Of a stretch of 64,000 nt of DNA, positions 38,957 through 50,163 are shown one piece after another. The notes under the pieces are model-generated. The model was not told the DNA's origin, made no database searches, and was given only the letters and a program-made list of their open reading frames with translations. The DNA is from Lachnospiraceae bacterium. GTDB lineage: Bacteria; Bacillota; Clostridia; Lachnospirales; Lachnospiraceae. The position numbers were made by a program, and so were the translations under genes. The stretch lies in assembly GCA_013316825.1 (NCBI GenBank), contig WSLY01000008.1, positions 14,414 through 78,413 on the forward strand. The letters run 5' to 3'. Position 1 is the stretch's first letter. Each line of letters starts with the position of its first letter.

Positions 38957-39586
38957 CTACTCAGTCCTGCTTTTAAACAGCCGGTGAATGGGAAAAACAA
39001 TACCGATGTGTTCGCCGTGGTAGCGGATGAAATGCTGCCGGATGACAATGCCGGAGAGCAGGAAGCCGCCGACTGTCACGGACAGGGGAAGCTCGCGGTC
39101 TAAAAGACATAGTACGGCAAACAAAAGGAACGTGATAACCGAGCGGAAAAAGTGCGGCTTGATGATGATAACAAGTGAAAACAGGATATAGAGTGCGGCA
39201 AGGGTGAGTGCAGGGCTTAAGTTGGGATACAATCCGATAAGCACGCCAAAGGATACGGCAATGGATTTCCCGCCGCTTTTTCCGCCGAAAAAGAGAGGAA
39301 AGGCATGGCCCAGAACGGGTGCCGCCAAAACCGGTGCAAAGAACAAGTGCGATACGGGCAGGCGGCGCGCCGCCGCCCATACGGGAAGCGCACCTTTTAA
39401 CAGCTCACACAAAATAACCAGAATACCAATCGGAACTCCGGCATGAAGAAAAGCGTTGGCAGTTCCGGGATTGCCGTCTTCGGAAAGCTCGCGTATATCA
39501 ATATGCTTTAACAGTCTGGGAATCAGATAGGCGTACATAACGCTGCCTGATAAATAGCCGAGTATAATATAAAAAAGGTATTTCAT
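38957..39586 (-). CDS. PlsY-like glycerol-3-phosphate acyltransferase
   Basis: GYLSGS, GNPGTANA, GHAFP and GGKSIA motifs. Confidence 0.85.
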   Translation of the reverse strand: MKYLFYIILGYLSGSVMYAYLIPRLLKHIDIRELSEDGNPGTANAFLHAGVPIGILVILCELLKGALPVWAAARRLPVSHLFFAPVLAAPVLGHAFPLFFGGKSGGKSIAVSFGVLIGLYPNLSPALTLAALYILFSLVIIIKPHFFRSVITFLLFAVLCLLDRELPLSVTVGGFLLSGIVIRQHFIRYHGEHIGIVFPIHRLFKSRTE

Positions 39587-39615
39587 AACACTCTCCATGC
39601 GTATCACAAGTATTT

Positions 39616-40746
39616 TTAGGCTGATTCGTTTTCTTTTGCGGTCTGTGTTTCTAACAGTCTGCAGATTTTTCCGGCGGAGTCCGGCAGGGCGTTTTTCTTC
39701 TGCACCGACAACATGCCGTTTCGGATTCCTGCGTCTTCTACAAGAAGCTTTCCCTGCTTTATCTGGGTGTGGATATGCTCCGCCGCGATGGACATGCCGC
39801 GGGAAACAAAAAACTCTCTGTTTTTGGTTTCACAGCCCGGAATCGGCGCCGTGTGCACGATGGGGATATTGCGGTTGAGCGCCTCGGTGGTAGTCAGACC
39901 GCCGGGTTTGGTATATATAACGTCACATGCCGCCATATAGTCGGCGACGTTTGCGGTATATCCCATGATATGCACGTTTGGCGTGTGGAAAAACAAACGC
40001 TTTAAATGGCGTTTAAGCTTTTTGTTATTGCCGCAGATAATGACGACGTGTTCCCCGTTTTTCAGGCTGCGTACCAGCTCATAGGCAAAAATGTGGATTT
40101 TGCCGAAGCCCATGCTGCCGCTCATTATCAAGTACATAGGTTTGTCGGGTGGAAGCCGCAGGCTTTCTTTGGCAAGCGTCTGCTCCGCTTTTTCGCAGAA
40201 TGCCTTTTTTACCGGAATTCCGTAGGGAAGCAGCTTGCCCGCGGGTATTTTTTTGCGGATATATTCTTCTGAGAGTTCTTCATGGGGGATAATATAATAA
40301 TCACATTCCGTCTCTTCAAAAAAGGGAATGCAGGTATAATCCGTGGCAACTGCAACAGTGAGCGGAAGCGTCATGCCGTGCCGCTTCATGTAGGTAATTG
40401 TCTCTGCCGGAAAAAGATGGGGCATCACAATTGCATCATAGTGATTTTCCGCAAGGTAAGCATTTAACTTTTTTGCCATTAGTCCGTTTACATAATATAT
40501 GGGGGACTTGCGGCGGCTGGAGCTGATAAAGCCTGCGAAGCGGTAGAGCATACCGAAAACGCGGGGAATGCCGCGTGCCACCCGCACATAGCACTGTCCC
40601 ACGAACCTGGCAGTACGCGCGCTGGCAAGGAGAAACATATCCATCATAACGGCTTCGTGTCCTGCATCTAAGAGCGCCTCCTGTACGGCTGCGCCGGCAG
40701 CGTTGTGTCCTCCGCCTGTGGCAGAGGATAAAATCAGTACCTTCAT
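39616..40746 (-). CDS. MGDG-synthase/UgtP-like glycosyltransferase (GT28)
   Basis: TGGGHNAA, TKPGGLTTTEA and PIPGCE motifs. Confidence 0.9.
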   Translation of the reverse strand: MKVLILSSATGGGHNAAGAAVQEALLDAGHEAVMMDMFLLASARTARFVGQCYVRVARGIPRVFGMLYRFAGFISSSRRKSPIYYVNGLMAKKLNAYLAENHYDAIVMPHLFPAETITYMKRHGMTLPLTVAVATDYTCIPFFEETECDYYIIPHEELSEEYIRKKIPAGKLLPYGIPVKKAFCEKAEQTLAKESLRLPPDKPMYLIMSGSMGFGKIHIFAYELVRSLKNGEHVVIICGNNKKLKRHLKRLFFHTPNVHIMGYTANVADYMAACDVIYTKPGGLTTTEALNRNIPIVHTAPIPGCETKNREFFVSRGMSIAAEHIHTQIKQGKLLVEDAGIRNGMLSVQKKNALPDSAGKICRLLETQTAKENESA

Positions 40747-40829
40747 AAAATAATTGTCATCCTTATGTTTATAGTGTAAATATGATTTTTTGCAATTATA
40801 TCACTTTTAGGAAAAAAATGCAAAATCCA

Positions 40830-40879
40830 TTGACGACCGTTGATTTTCCCTGTAAAATCAAATTATGAAAGTGCTTACA
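40830..40879 (+). promoter_or_regulatory. sigmaA promoter with LacI/CcpA (cre-like) operator
   Basis: TTGACG-N17-TAAAAT; TGAAAGTGCTTACA at 40866-40879. Confidence 0.6.
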
Positions 40880-40902
40880 AGGCATGAAAAAGGGAGGTTA
40901 CC

Positions 40903-42036
40903 ATGCAGATACCAGTAATCGAGCAGTATATTGACGAATTAATTGAGAGAAGTACGCTGGATGTTCCGGTCTGGAATATCGAGAAGGCAAAAAACGGGTT
41001 GAAGGCGGGATGGAATTACATAGACGGATGTATGATTCTGGCGCTTCTTGAGACCTACAATACCACGGGTGAAAAGAAGTATCTGGATTTTGCAGATGCG
41101 TTTATCGACCACAGGGTACAGGAGGACGGTACGATTGCCGGATATTCTGTGGAAGAATACAATATCGACAATGTCAATGCGGGCAAGACGCTGTTTCAGC
41201 TCTATGATATTACGGGAAAAGAAAAATACAGAAAGGCGATTGATTTGATCTACAGCCAGATAAAGGGTCAGCCCAGAACGGAGGAGGGCAATTTCTGGCA
41301 CAAAAAAATTTATCCCAATCAGGTATGGCTGGACGGTCTGTACATGGGACAGCCTTTCTATATGGAATACGAGACAAGATTCAACGACAGGAAGCATTAC
41401 GCTGACATTTTCTCACAGTTTGCCAATGTGGTAAAATATATGCGGGACGAGGAGACGGGACTGTATTATCACGGCTACGACGCTTCCAAGTCTATTTTCT
41501 GGTGCGATAAGGAGACGGGACTGTCAAAGAACTTCTGGCTGCGTGCCATCGGCTGGTATTCCATGGCGCTTCTGGATACCCTGAGCAAAACAGAGCCGGA
41601 GGGCTTTGAGGCGGAATACGAAAATTTGAAAAAGGTGTTTAAGGAGCTGATTGATTCTTTGTTAAAATATCAGGACGAAAGCGGTATGTGGTATCAGCTT
41701 CCGGCGCTTTTAGGAAAAGAGCCCAACTACTTGGAGACCAGCGGCAGCGCAATTCTGGCATTTTCCATCCTGCGCGGCGTGCGTCTGGGATTTCTGCCTG
41801 AGAGCTACAGGGCGTATGGCGTGAAGGCGTTTGACGGCATCCGAAACAAGTACATGAAGACAGAGGACGGCAGGCTGCATTTGGGCGGCATCTGTCTGGT
41901 GGCAGGCTTGGGACCGGCAAATAATGAAAGAAGAGACGGCAGTTTTGCATATTATATGTCGGAGCCGGTGGTAGAGGACGATGCAAAGGGCGTAGGACCT
42001 TTCCTCTTGGCTTACACGGAAATCCGGAGACTATAG
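40903..42036 (+). CDS. GH105 unsaturated rhamnogalacturonyl hydrolase (YteR-like)
   Basis: WNYIDG, QVWLDGLYM, FWLRAIGW and ETSGSA motifs. Confidence 0.9.
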   Translation: MQIPVIEQYIDELIERSTLDVPVWNIEKAKNGLKAGWNYIDGCMILALLETYNTTGEKKYLDFADAFIDHRVQEDGTIAGYSVEEYNIDNVNAGKTLFQLYDITGKEKYRKAIDLIYSQIKGQPRTEEGNFWHKKIYPNQVWLDGLYMGQPFYMEYETRFNDRKHYADIFSQFANVVKYMRDEETGLYYHGYDASKSIFWCDKETGLSKNFWLRAIGWYSMALLDTLSKTEPEGFEAEYENLKKVFKELIDSLLKYQDESGMWYQLPALLGKEPNYLETSGSAILAFSILRGVRLGFLPESYRAYGVKAFDGIRNKYMKTEDGRLHLGGICLVAGLGPANNERRDGSFAYYMSEPVVEDDAKGVGPFLLAYTEIRRL

Positions 42037-42052
42037 AAAGGCGTGGCTGTTT

Positions 42053-43591
42053 ATGAAAGATGAGATGAAGAAAATGTGGATTGCAGATAATGGCGACGGC
42101 ACCTATTCCAATCCCATTTTGTATACGGATTATTCGGACCCTGATGCAATCAGGGTAGGAGAAGATTATTTTATGGTGGCTTCTTCCTTCTGCAATGCGC
42201 CCTCAGTGCCGGTGCTTCACTCGAAGGACTTGGTTAACTGGCGGGTGATAGGGTATGCCATGGAAAAGCTGCCTTTTGATGCTTATGATAAGCCGCTTCA
42301 CGGCTGCGGCGCATGGGCGCCGGCAATCCGGTATCATGACGGCGTTTTCTATGTGTTTATCCCCATGCCGGATGAAGGCATCTTTATGGCAAAAAGCCGC
42401 AATCCTTTTGAGGGTTTTGAGGAGCCGGTATGCGTGCGTAAAGTGACCGGCTGGATAGACCCCTGCCCTTTCTGGGACGACGACGGGAAAGCGTATATGG
42501 TGACGGCGTTTGCACGAAGCCGGATAGGCTTTAAGAGTATGCTGCACCTTTCTCCGATAGAACCGGACTGCAGCGGGGTGCTGGGCGATGGAAAGCATAT
42601 CTTTGACGGGAGCAAGACGCAGCCCACCATCGAGGGACCCAAGCTTTACAAACGCAACGGCTATTATTATATTTTTGCACCGGCGGGCGGTGTAAAACCA
42701 GGCTGGCAGACGGTGCTGCGCTCCCGCAATATCTGGGGGCCTTACGAGGAAAAAATCGTGCTGCATCAGGGCGGCAGTCCCGTGAACGGACCGCATCAGG
42801 GCGCGTGGGTGGACACACCGTCAGGAGAAGACTGGTTTATTCATTTTCAGGATGTGGGCAATGCCGGAAGGATTGTGCATCTGCAGCCCATGCGCTGGGT
42901 GGACGACTGGCCCGTTATCGGCGTCAATGCGGATGAAAACGGCTGCGGAGAGCCGGTTATGCAGTATAAAAAGCCGGACGTAGGAGGCGAATATCCCATC
43001 TGTGCGCCGGAGGATTCCGACCTTTTTGAAGGGGAGAAGCTGGGGCTGCAGTGGCAGTGGAATGCAAACTACAAAAAAGAATGGTATGCCATCACAGAGG
43101 GTATGCTGACACTGTATGCGCAGCAGAGCGAAGCGGAAACGCAGACTTGTGATGTGCCGAATCTGCTTTTGCAGAAATGGCCGGCGCCGGCATTTCAGAT
43201 TACCACAAAGCTCCATCTCGGGGGTATGCAGGAGGGCGACATCTGCGGTATGGTATCGTTAGGCGGTGTTTACACGGATTTTGCCGTAAAACAGGAAGAC
43301 GGAAGAAAAAATCTGGTGCAGAGGACCGGCGAGTGGACAAAGCACAATGAGGCGGAAACGGTCTGTGCGGCGTTACATGGGGATACCGTATATCTTAGAA
43401 TGTATGTGGAGGATGCGTTAAAGATATCCTTTGCGTACAGCGAGGACGGCGCAGAGTACGTCAAAACCGGTGCAGTGGTAGAGACGACGCCGGGGCGCTG
43501 GGTTGGCGTCAAGGCAGGGCTCTTTGCCATCAATGAAGCCGGAAAAAAAGGCGGATTTGTGAAAGCGGAATATTTTGTATTTGAAAAATAG
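42053..43591 (+). CDS. GH43 glycoside hydrolase
   Basis: YSDPDAIR, WAPAI, IDPCP and IEGPK motifs; C-terminal beta-sandwich. Confidence 0.92.
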   Translation: MKDEMKKMWIADNGDGTYSNPILYTDYSDPDAIRVGEDYFMVASSFCNAPSVPVLHSKDLVNWRVIGYAMEKLPFDAYDKPLHGCGAWAPAIRYHDGVFYVFIPMPDEGIFMAKSRNPFEGFEEPVCVRKVTGWIDPCPFWDDDGKAYMVTAFARSRIGFKSMLHLSPIEPDCSGVLGDGKHIFDGSKTQPTIEGPKLYKRNGYYYIFAPAGGVKPGWQTVLRSRNIWGPYEEKIVLHQGGSPVNGPHQGAWVDTPSGEDWFIHFQDVGNAGRIVHLQPMRWVDDWPVIGVNADENGCGEPVMQYKKPDVGGEYPICAPEDSDLFEGEKLGLQWQWNANYKKEWYAITEGMLTLYAQQSEAETQTCDVPNLLLQKWPAPAFQITTKLHLGGMQEGDICGMVSLGGVYTDFAVKQEDGRKNLVQRTGEWTKHNEAETVCAALHGDTVYLRMYVEDALKISFAYSEDGAEYVKTGAVVETTPGRWVGVKAGLFAINEAGKKGGFVKAEYFVFEK

Positions 43592-43865
43592 GATAGTTTT
43601 ACGGTTTTGCGGCGAGCTGCATTTATCCGGCTGAAAACGGATAGAAGCGGCTCGTCGTCAAAATAAGAAGCGGTACGGTTAAAATCCCAAAATAGGGCTT
43701 CCCATTTTCGGATTTTTGTATTACAATGCTAGTAGTCATCTGTTGATGCTCTGATTTTTTCAAGGAAAGTCTTTTTTTACCCCCTGTATGGTTGTAAATG
43801 AAAAGAAATGATAGCGCATTTTCGGAGTGTTGTTTGAGGAAGAGAGTAAGGAGGCCTATAGGTTA

Positions 43866-45572
43866 ATGAGAGAGAAGTACGAGTCACTGGCGCTTGCGGA
43901 TCTAAAAGGAATTGCAAAGGCGAGAGGAATGAAAGGCGTTTCTGCGATGAAGAAAGCGCAGTTGGTGGAGGCGATGCTTGCGCAGGATGAAAAGGATAAA
44001 GCGGCGAAGCAGGCGCCCGCACAGGCAAAGAAACTGAACAGAGCGGAAGAGAAGCAGTCAGGGGAACATAGCCACGGGGATAAAAAAGCAGGGGAGCACG
44101 CTCCTGCGGAGAGAAAATCGGAAGAACGTGCCGTTACGGAGAAAAAGACAGAGGAGCGCAGTCCTGCGGAGAGAAAACCGGAGGAGCGCCGTTATACGGA
44201 CAGAAAGACAGAGGAGCGCAGCCCGTTAGGGAGAAAGCCGGAAGAACGCCGCTACGGGGAGAGAAAGCCGGAGGAGAGGCGCTTTGGATATGGCGAGAAG
44301 AAGTCTGAGGAGCGCCGCGGCGAGGAAGAAAGAACGGCGGATGAGAGGAGAACGGCGCAGAATGCGGCGGACGGTTATGTACGTCCGGTACAGAATATTG
44401 ACAGAAATGCAGTGTACGATATGAATACCTTTCCGCCGGAGCTTGACAGCGGGCAGGAGGCAAACGGCATTCTGGAGGTTATGCCGGACGGCTATGGATT
44501 TATCCGCTGCGCCAACTACATGCCGGGGGAAAATGACGTCTATGTTGCGCCCAGCCAGATACGCCGTTTTGGATTAAAGACGGGTGATATTCTGGTGGGG
44601 AACAAGCGTACCAAGACCCAGCAGGAGAAGTTCAGCGCGCTTTTATACATTAAGACGATTAACGGTTTTACTATAGAGGAAGCAATGCGCCGCAAAAGCT
44701 TTGAGGATATGACGCCGATTTTTCCGGACGAGAGAATCCGTCTGGAAGTGCCCGGCGCAACCATTGCAATGCGCGTTATGGATATGGTGAGCCCGATTGG
44801 AAAGGGACAGAGAGGTATGATTGTGTCTCCGCCCAAGGCAGGAAAGACCACGCTGTTAAAGCAGGTGGCAAAGTCAATCCTGCGGGGAGAGCCCAATATG
44901 CATATGCTGATTTTGCTGATTGACGAGCGTCCTGAGGAAGTGACTGACATCAAAGAAGCGATTGAAGGCGAAAACGTAGAAGTGATTTATTCTACCTTTG
45001 ATGAACTGCCGGAGCATCACAAGAGAGTGGCAGAGATGGTGATCGAGCGTGCCAAGCGTCTGGTGGAGCACGGCATGGATGTGGTGATTCTCTTAGACAG
45101 CATCACGCGTCTGACACGCGCGTACAATCAGGTGGTGCCTCCCAGCGGGCGCACGCTGTCCGGCGGTCTTGACCCGGCGGCGCTGCATATGCCGAAACGG
45201 TTTTTTGGCGCCGCAAGAAATCTGCGCGGCGGCGGCAGCCTGACGATTCTTGCCACAGCTCTGGTGGAGACCGGTTCTAAGATGGACGACGTGGTCTATG
45301 AGGAGTTTAAGGGAACCGGCAACATGGAGATGGTGCTGGACAGAAAGCTCTCGGAAAAACGTATTTTTCCCGCCATTGATTTGCAGAAGTCGGGTACGAG
45401 AAGGGAGGATTTGCTTCTCAATACGGACGAGCTGGAAGCCATCAATATTATGCGCAAGGCATTGAACGGCATGAAAGCGGATGAAGCGGCGGACAGGATT
45501 CTGGATATGTTTGCCCGCACGCGGAACAATCAGGAATTTGTGAATACTGTCAAAAAAATGAAGTTTATTTAA
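43866..45572 (+). CDS. rho: Transcription termination factor Rho with charged N-terminal insertion
   Basis: DGYGFIR, PPKAGKT, DERPEE and FKGTGNME motifs. Confidence 0.97.
   Translation: MREKYESLALADLKGIAKARGMKGVSAMKKAQLVEAMLAQDEKDKAAKQAPAQAKKLNRAEEKQSGEHSHGDKKAGEHAPAERKSEERAVTEKKTEERSPAERKPEERRYTDRKTEERSPLGRKPEERRYGERKPEERRFGYGEKKSEERRGEEERTADERRTAQNAADGYVRPVQNIDRNAVYDMNTFPPELDSGQEANGILEVMPDGYGFIRCANYMPGENDVYVAPSQIRRFGLKTGDILVGNKRTKTQQEKFSALLYIKTINGFTIEEAMRRKSFEDMTPIFPDERIRLEVPGATIAMRVMDMVSPIGKGQRGMIVSPPKAGKTTLLKQVAKSILRGEPNMHMLILLIDERPEEVTDIKEAIEGENVEVIYSTFDELPEHHKRVAEMVIERAKRLVEHGMDVVILLDSITRLTRAYNQVVPPSGRTLSGGLDPAALHMPKRFFGAARNLRGGGSLTILATALVETGSKMDDVVYEEFKGTGNMEMVLDRKLSEKRIFPAIDLQKSGTRREDLLLNTDELEAINIMRKALNGMKADEAADRILDMFARTRNNQEFVNTVKKMKFI
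44103..44282 (+). repeat. In-frame 30-nt degenerate tandem repeat (about 6 units) in rho
   Basis: Units encode xxERK(P/T/S)EERx. Confidence 0.8.
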
Positions 45573-45695
45573 AAAATACTTGCATATTAGGGTCTGGCAT
45601 GTTACAATAACAACGCTGTTTGTGGTGGCATAAGCAGTGCGGATAAAAACAGCAAATAACTTTAGGTAAATGTAAATATAGAAGAGGTGAAAGAA

Positions 45696-45902
45696 ATGAA
45701 AGAAGGAATCCATCCCCAGTATTATCAGGCGACCGTTACCTGCAACTGCGGCAATACGTTTGTAACCGGTTCAACCAAGCCTGAAATCCACGTAGAAGTA
45801 TGCTCCAAATGTCATTCGTTCTATACGGGACAGCAAAAGTCTGTAAGAGTTGACGGACGTATCGACAAGTTCAATAAGAAATACGGTGTGGAAAATAAAT
45901 AA
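45696..45902 (+). CDS. rpmE: 50S ribosomal protein L31 (zinc-binding type)
   Basis: [22 protein letters not shown]. Confidence 0.96.
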   Translation: MKEGIHPQYYQATVTCNCGNTFVTGSTKPEIHVEVCSKCHSFYTGQQKSVRVDGRIDKFNKKYGVENK

Positions 45903-45925
45903 TTTTTCCCAAATAAGATTTCTAA

Positions 45926-45953
45926 AAGGTTGAGGTGCAAACTTCAACCTTTT
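45926..45953 (+). terminator. Terminator-like hairpin
   Basis: AAGGTTGAGG-tgcaaa-CTTCAACCTTTT. Confidence 0.65.
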
Positions 45954-45991
45954 ATATTAGAAGTGTTTCCTATCAGGAAGGGTATGATTTT

Positions 45992-46975
45992 ATGGCAAAA
46001 AAGAAGAGAGGGCATTATTCCGGTATCGGCGGGCAGGCAGTGCTGGAAGGTGTCATGATGAAAAATAAGGAAAAATACGCTGTTGCGGTCAGAAAGCCCG
46101 ACGGCGAAATTGAAGTGGAAGTGGAGAATTATCAGGGGGTGCTTCATGGAAGCCCTTTGAAAGAGCTGCCATTTATCAGGGGAATTTTTAACTTTGTGGA
46201 TTCCATGATATTGGGGATGAAGTGCCTGAACTATTCCGCAAGCTTTTACGAGGATGAGGACGCGAAGGAAACCGTGGTTGACAGAGCGCTGAATAAGGTG
46301 ACGCGGGGAAAAGCAGAAAAGGTATTTACGGCGCTTATTACGGTTTTTTCCATTGCGCTTGCAGTTGGGATTTTTATTGTGCTGCCGTATTTTATTACTT
46401 CCTATTTCAAGGAGTATGTGAGAAGCAATGCATTGATGACGCTTATCGAGGGCGTGATCCGAATCCTTATCTTTTTGCTCTATGTCATCGGGATATCCCT
46501 TATGAAGGACATCAAACGCCTGTATATGTACCACGGCGCGGAGCACAAATGCATCAACTGCCTTGAGAAGGGAAGACCGCTGACCGTGCGGAATGCGATG
46601 AAAAGCTCCAGACTGCACAGGCGCTGCGGTACCAGCTTTATGTTTTTTGTAATGTTTGTCAGTATTATTCTGTTTTTCTTTATTCAGGTGAGTAATCCGT
46701 TTGCCAAGGTAGCGCTGCGTATTCTGCTGATTCCGGTGATTGCGGGTATTTCCTATGAACTGATACGTCTGGCGGGCAGGAGCAATCATGTGCTTGTAAG
46801 GCTTTTGTCAGTGCCGGGCATGATGATACAGAGGCTTACCACCAAGGAACCGTCAAAGGATATGGTGGAGGTTGCCATTGCTTCCGTGGAAGCGGTTTTT
46901 GACTGGAAAAGTTATCTTGCCGAGGAGTTTGGCTATGAGGAGGAAGCGCCTGCGGAGGGAAGCGGGAAGGAGTAG
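45992..46975 (+). CDS. DUF1385 (YqhQ-like) membrane protein
   Basis: GGQAVLEGVMM, YHGAEHK and RCGTSF motifs. Confidence 0.9.
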   Translation: MAKKKRGHYSGIGGQAVLEGVMMKNKEKYAVAVRKPDGEIEVEVENYQGVLHGSPLKELPFIRGIFNFVDSMILGMKCLNYSASFYEDEDAKETVVDRALNKVTRGKAEKVFTALITVFSIALAVGIFIVLPYFITSYFKEYVRSNALMTLIEGVIRILIFLLYVIGISLMKDIKRLYMYHGAEHKCINCLEKGRPLTVRNAMKSSRLHRRCGTSFMFFVMFVSIILFFFIQVSNPFAKVALRILLIPVIAGISYELIRLAGRSNHVLVRLLSVPGMMIQRLTTKEPSKDMVEVAIASVEAVFDWKSYLAEEFGYEEEAPAEGSGKE

Positions 46976-46980
46976 CGCCG

Positions 46981-47856
46981 ATGCAGGATTTGATAAGTTA
47001 TCGGGAATATTATCAAAGAGGCAGGGAGAGACTGCGTCTTGCAGGCGTGCCGGAGGCGGAAACGGATGCGAGGCTGCTTCTTGAATTTGTGTGCGGTACA
47101 AATTACAACACATTGCTGGCGCATGGCGATATGCGGATTTCAGAGGAGCAGGGAGAGGCGTACGAAGCGCTGTTAAAGCGGCGGGAAAAAAGGGAGCCGC
47201 TGCAGCTTCTTACGGGAGAGCAGGATTTCTATGGGTTTACCTTTTTGGTAAACAGGCATGTGCTGATACCGAGACAGGATACGGAAATTTTAGTGGAGTA
47301 TGCGCAAAAAAGACTGGAATTTGGCGGGAAACTCTTGGATATGTGCACCGGCTCAGGATGTATCCTGATAAGCCTGCTTGCCGTGACTGAGGGCGTGCAG
47401 GGCGTTGGCGTGGATATTTCAAAGGATGCGCTTTTACTTGCAAGAGAGAATGGAAGCCGCCTTCTGCCAAAGGATAAGCAGCCGGAATGGATTTTGAGCG
47501 ATTTGTTTTCCGCGGTGGCGGGGTCTTATGATATGATTGTATCGAATCCGCCTTATATACCCAGCGGCGAGATTGCATCCCTTATGCCGGAGGTGCGGGA
47601 TTTTGAACCGACGGCAGCGCTTGACGGCGGAAAGGACGGGCTGGCGTTTTATGAGAGAATCATATATGAGAGCAACGCCCGTTTAAAAGAGGGCGGCTGG
47701 CTGATATTGGAGATTGGCTGCAGTCAGGGAGAGGCGGTCAGCGGGCTTTTAAGGGCTGCCGGCTTTGACTGTGTGGAAATCATAAAGGATTATGGAGGGC
47801 TTTTCCGCGTGGCGGCGGGACGGCGGAATGGAAGGAAAATATGTTTGACAAATTAG
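46981..47856 (+). CDS. prmC: Release factor glutamine methyltransferase
   Basis: [16 protein letters not shown] and NPPY motifs. Confidence 0.95.
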   Translation: MQDLISYREYYQRGRERLRLAGVPEAETDARLLLEFVCGTNYNTLLAHGDMRISEEQGEAYEALLKRREKREPLQLLTGEQDFYGFTFLVNRHVLIPRQDTEILVEYAQKRLEFGGKLLDMCTGSGCILISLLAVTEGVQGVGVDISKDALLLARENGSRLLPKDKQPEWILSDLFSAVAGSYDMIVSNPPYIPSGEIASLMPEVRDFEPTAALDGGKDGLAFYERIIYESNARLKEGGWLILEIGCSQGEAVSGLLRAAGFDCVEIIKDYGGLFRVAAGRRNGRKICLTN

Positions 47857-48914
47857 AAGATTTGCTGAGGCGGTATGAGGAAATTTTAAATGAGCTCCAT
47901 GAGCCGGATGTGGTAAACGACCAGAACCATTTCCGGAAGCTGATGAAGGAGCAGAGTGATTTGATGCCTTTGGTGGAGGCTTATACGGCGTACAAAAAGA
48001 GCAGGCAGGATGTGGAAGACTCTCTTGCCATGCTGGAGGAAGAAAGCGACGAGGAGATGCGCGATATGCTGAAGGAAGAACTTTCGGCGGCGAGGGAGCG
48101 CATCGGGGAGCTCGAGCAGCGCCTGAAGGTATTGCTGCTGCCAAAGGACCCCAATGACGACAAAAATGTGATTGTGGAAATTCGTGCCGGAGCGGGCGGC
48201 GATGAATCTGCGCTGTTTGCCGCGGAGATTTACAGAATGTATGTGCACTATGCGGAGCGCCAGCGCTGGAAGGTGGAGACCATGAGCGTGGATGAAATCG
48301 GCATCGGCGGTATGAAGGAGGTTACCTTCATGGTGAGCGGGCAGGGTGCGTATTCCAAACTGAAATACGAGAGCGGCGTACACCGCGTACAGCGTGTACC
48401 GGAAACCGAGTCTCAGGGGCGTATTCACACCTCTACCATTACCGTAGCGGTGATGCCGGAGGCGGAAGAGGTGGATGTGGTGATTGACGAAAAGGATATT
48501 CGTATCGATGTGATGCGTGCTTCCGGCAATGGCGGACAGTGCGTCAATACCACGGATTCTGCGGTCAGGCTTACCCATTACCCTACAGGTATCGTGGTGT
48601 ACAGCCAGACAGAAAAATCTCAGCTTCAGAACAAGGCGAAGGCATTTGCCCTGCTGCGCGCAAAGCTTTACGACATCGAGCAGCAAAAGGCGCACGACGC
48701 GGAGGCGGAGCTGCGCCGCAGTCAGGTGGGTACCGGAGACCGTTCCGAAAAAATCAGAACCTACAATTTTCCGCAGGGGCGCGTAACGGACCATCGGATT
48801 GGGCTGACCCTCTATAAGCTGGATAAAATTATGGACGGCGATATACAGGAGATTCTTGACGCATGTATAGCGGCGGACCAGGCGGCAAAGCTGGCGAAAA
48901 TGAATGAGAATTAA
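47841..48914 (+). CDS. prfA: Peptide chain release factor 1
   Basis: GGQ motif; PET anticodon-mimic motif (VPETES). Confidence 0.96.
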   Translation: MFDKLEDLLRRYEEILNELHEPDVVNDQNHFRKLMKEQSDLMPLVEAYTAYKKSRQDVEDSLAMLEEESDEEMRDMLKEELSAARERIGELEQRLKVLLLPKDPNDDKNVIVEIRAGAGGDESALFAAEIYRMYVHYAERQRWKVETMSVDEIGIGGMKEVTFMVSGQGAYSKLKYESGVHRVQRVPETESQGRIHTSTITVAVMPEAEEVDVVIDEKDIRIDVMRASGNGGQCVNTTDSAVRLTHYPTGIVVYSQTEKSQLQNKAKAFALLRAKLYDIEQQKAHDAEAELRRSQVGTGDRSEKIRTYNFPQGRVTDHRIGLTLYKLDKIMDGDIQEILDACIAADQAAKLAKMNEN

Positions 48915-48933
48915 AGGAAAAATGTGAATTGTG

Positions 48934-48961
48934 TTTAGAAAACGCGGTTTGCTGCCGATGT
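48934..48961 (+). promoter_or_regulatory. sigma28-type promoter
   Basis: TTTA-N16-GCCGATGT. Confidence 0.55.
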
Positions 48962-49062
48962 ATAAATATAAAGCATTTGCCGGAGGCTTAAGGAAACAAC
49001 GGCATAATTATTACGTTTTGCAATTATCCGTATAAGACTGTAAAAAAGAGGAGGGAACCGTC

Positions 49063-50040
49063 ATGAAGGTACAGAAGGAGCTGTCGATTTATATGGGGGA
49101 AAGCACGCGTGCCATGCGCAGGCAGGAAATGGAAGAGCAGCAGGCAGGCAAGGGAAAGAAGAATCAAAAAAGCGTGTTTGCCGGAGAGTTAAACGGTATA
49201 CAGGATAATATTTTAGTAAAGCAGCAGAAAGCGAGAAAAGAAGCGCTGAAGGTAGTAACAGACACTTGGAGCGGTGACAAAAAGATAGATAACGGACTGA
49301 AGGAAAGAAGAGAAAGGATAAAAAGCTTACAGGAAGAGGTCGGCAATGCCAAAAAGGAGCTTGCCGATATTGCGCGGCAGCAGGAGGATTTGCAGGAGCG
49401 CTACGGCATCGATGCAGACAGTGCGGAGCAGAAGGACTTGGAGCTTTTGTTAAAGAGCCGTGAGGCAGGACGCAATCCGGAGGTTTCCCTGACAAAGGAA
49501 GAGCGTGAGCGGCTTGCCGGACTTGCAGGGCAGGAACTGACGGAATACCAGAGCCGCGTACTGGAGCTGGATTCTTATGGAGATTACCATCGTGCCATCA
49601 TAGCCGAGGACGAAAAACAGATTGAAATCGAAAATAAAATCATCAGGGATACCAAGCTGGAACGACTGAAAAAAGACCCTATGCAGGGGGCACAGAAGCA
49701 GGCAGAAGCGATTGAGGAGGCAGCCGGTAAAGAAATCCTTGGTATGCTGGCAGAGGAAGGCAAGGAGCACGTAGACAAGGAGCAGGAGGAGAAGGAAGAG
49801 CAGGCAGAAGAGGCAAAAGAAAAGAAGGAAGAGCAGGAGGAGCTTCTGGCAAAACGCAAGGACGAGCGCGAGGAAGCAAAAAAGCGCGCAGAGGCGTTGG
49901 CGGAGAGCCTTCCGACAGAGCAGCTTCTGAGTCTGGATAAGATACAGGAGGATATCAATAGGGAAATTCAGAATATTGTGGATAAAATGAAGCTGATTGA
50001 GGAAGATATTAAGGGAGCGGCAGTGGATCAGACATTGTAA
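49063..50040 (+). CDS. Hypothetical coiled-coil protein (325 aa)
   Basis: RBS GAGGAGG; E/K/Q-rich helical sequence; ends GAAVDQTL; own terminator. Confidence 0.85.
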   Translation: MKVQKELSIYMGESTRAMRRQEMEEQQAGKGKKNQKSVFAGELNGIQDNILVKQQKARKEALKVVTDTWSGDKKIDNGLKERRERIKSLQEEVGNAKKELADIARQQEDLQERYGIDADSAEQKDLELLLKSREAGRNPEVSLTKEERERLAGLAGQELTEYQSRVLELDSYGDYHRAIIAEDEKQIEIENKIIRDTKLERLKKDPMQGAQKQAEAIEEAAGKEILGMLAEEGKEHVDKEQEEKEEQAEEAKEKKEEQEELLAKRKDEREEAKKRAEALAESLPTEQLLSLDKIQEDINREIQNIVDKMKLIEEDIKGAAVDQTL

Positions 50041-50064
50041 AATCAAGAAAATAAGAGTAAAATG

Positions 50065-50101
50065 AAACGGAGCGGGATTTTTTGAAAGACCGTTCCGTTT
50101 G
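50065..50101 (+). terminator. Terminator-like hairpin
   Basis: AAACGGAGCGG...CCGTTCCGTTT. Confidence 0.6.
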
Positions 50102-50163
50102 TATATGGTGTTATTGCCTCTGTGTCAGGCTGTAGAAAAGGGAAGGCAGGAAGGGAAAACTGC

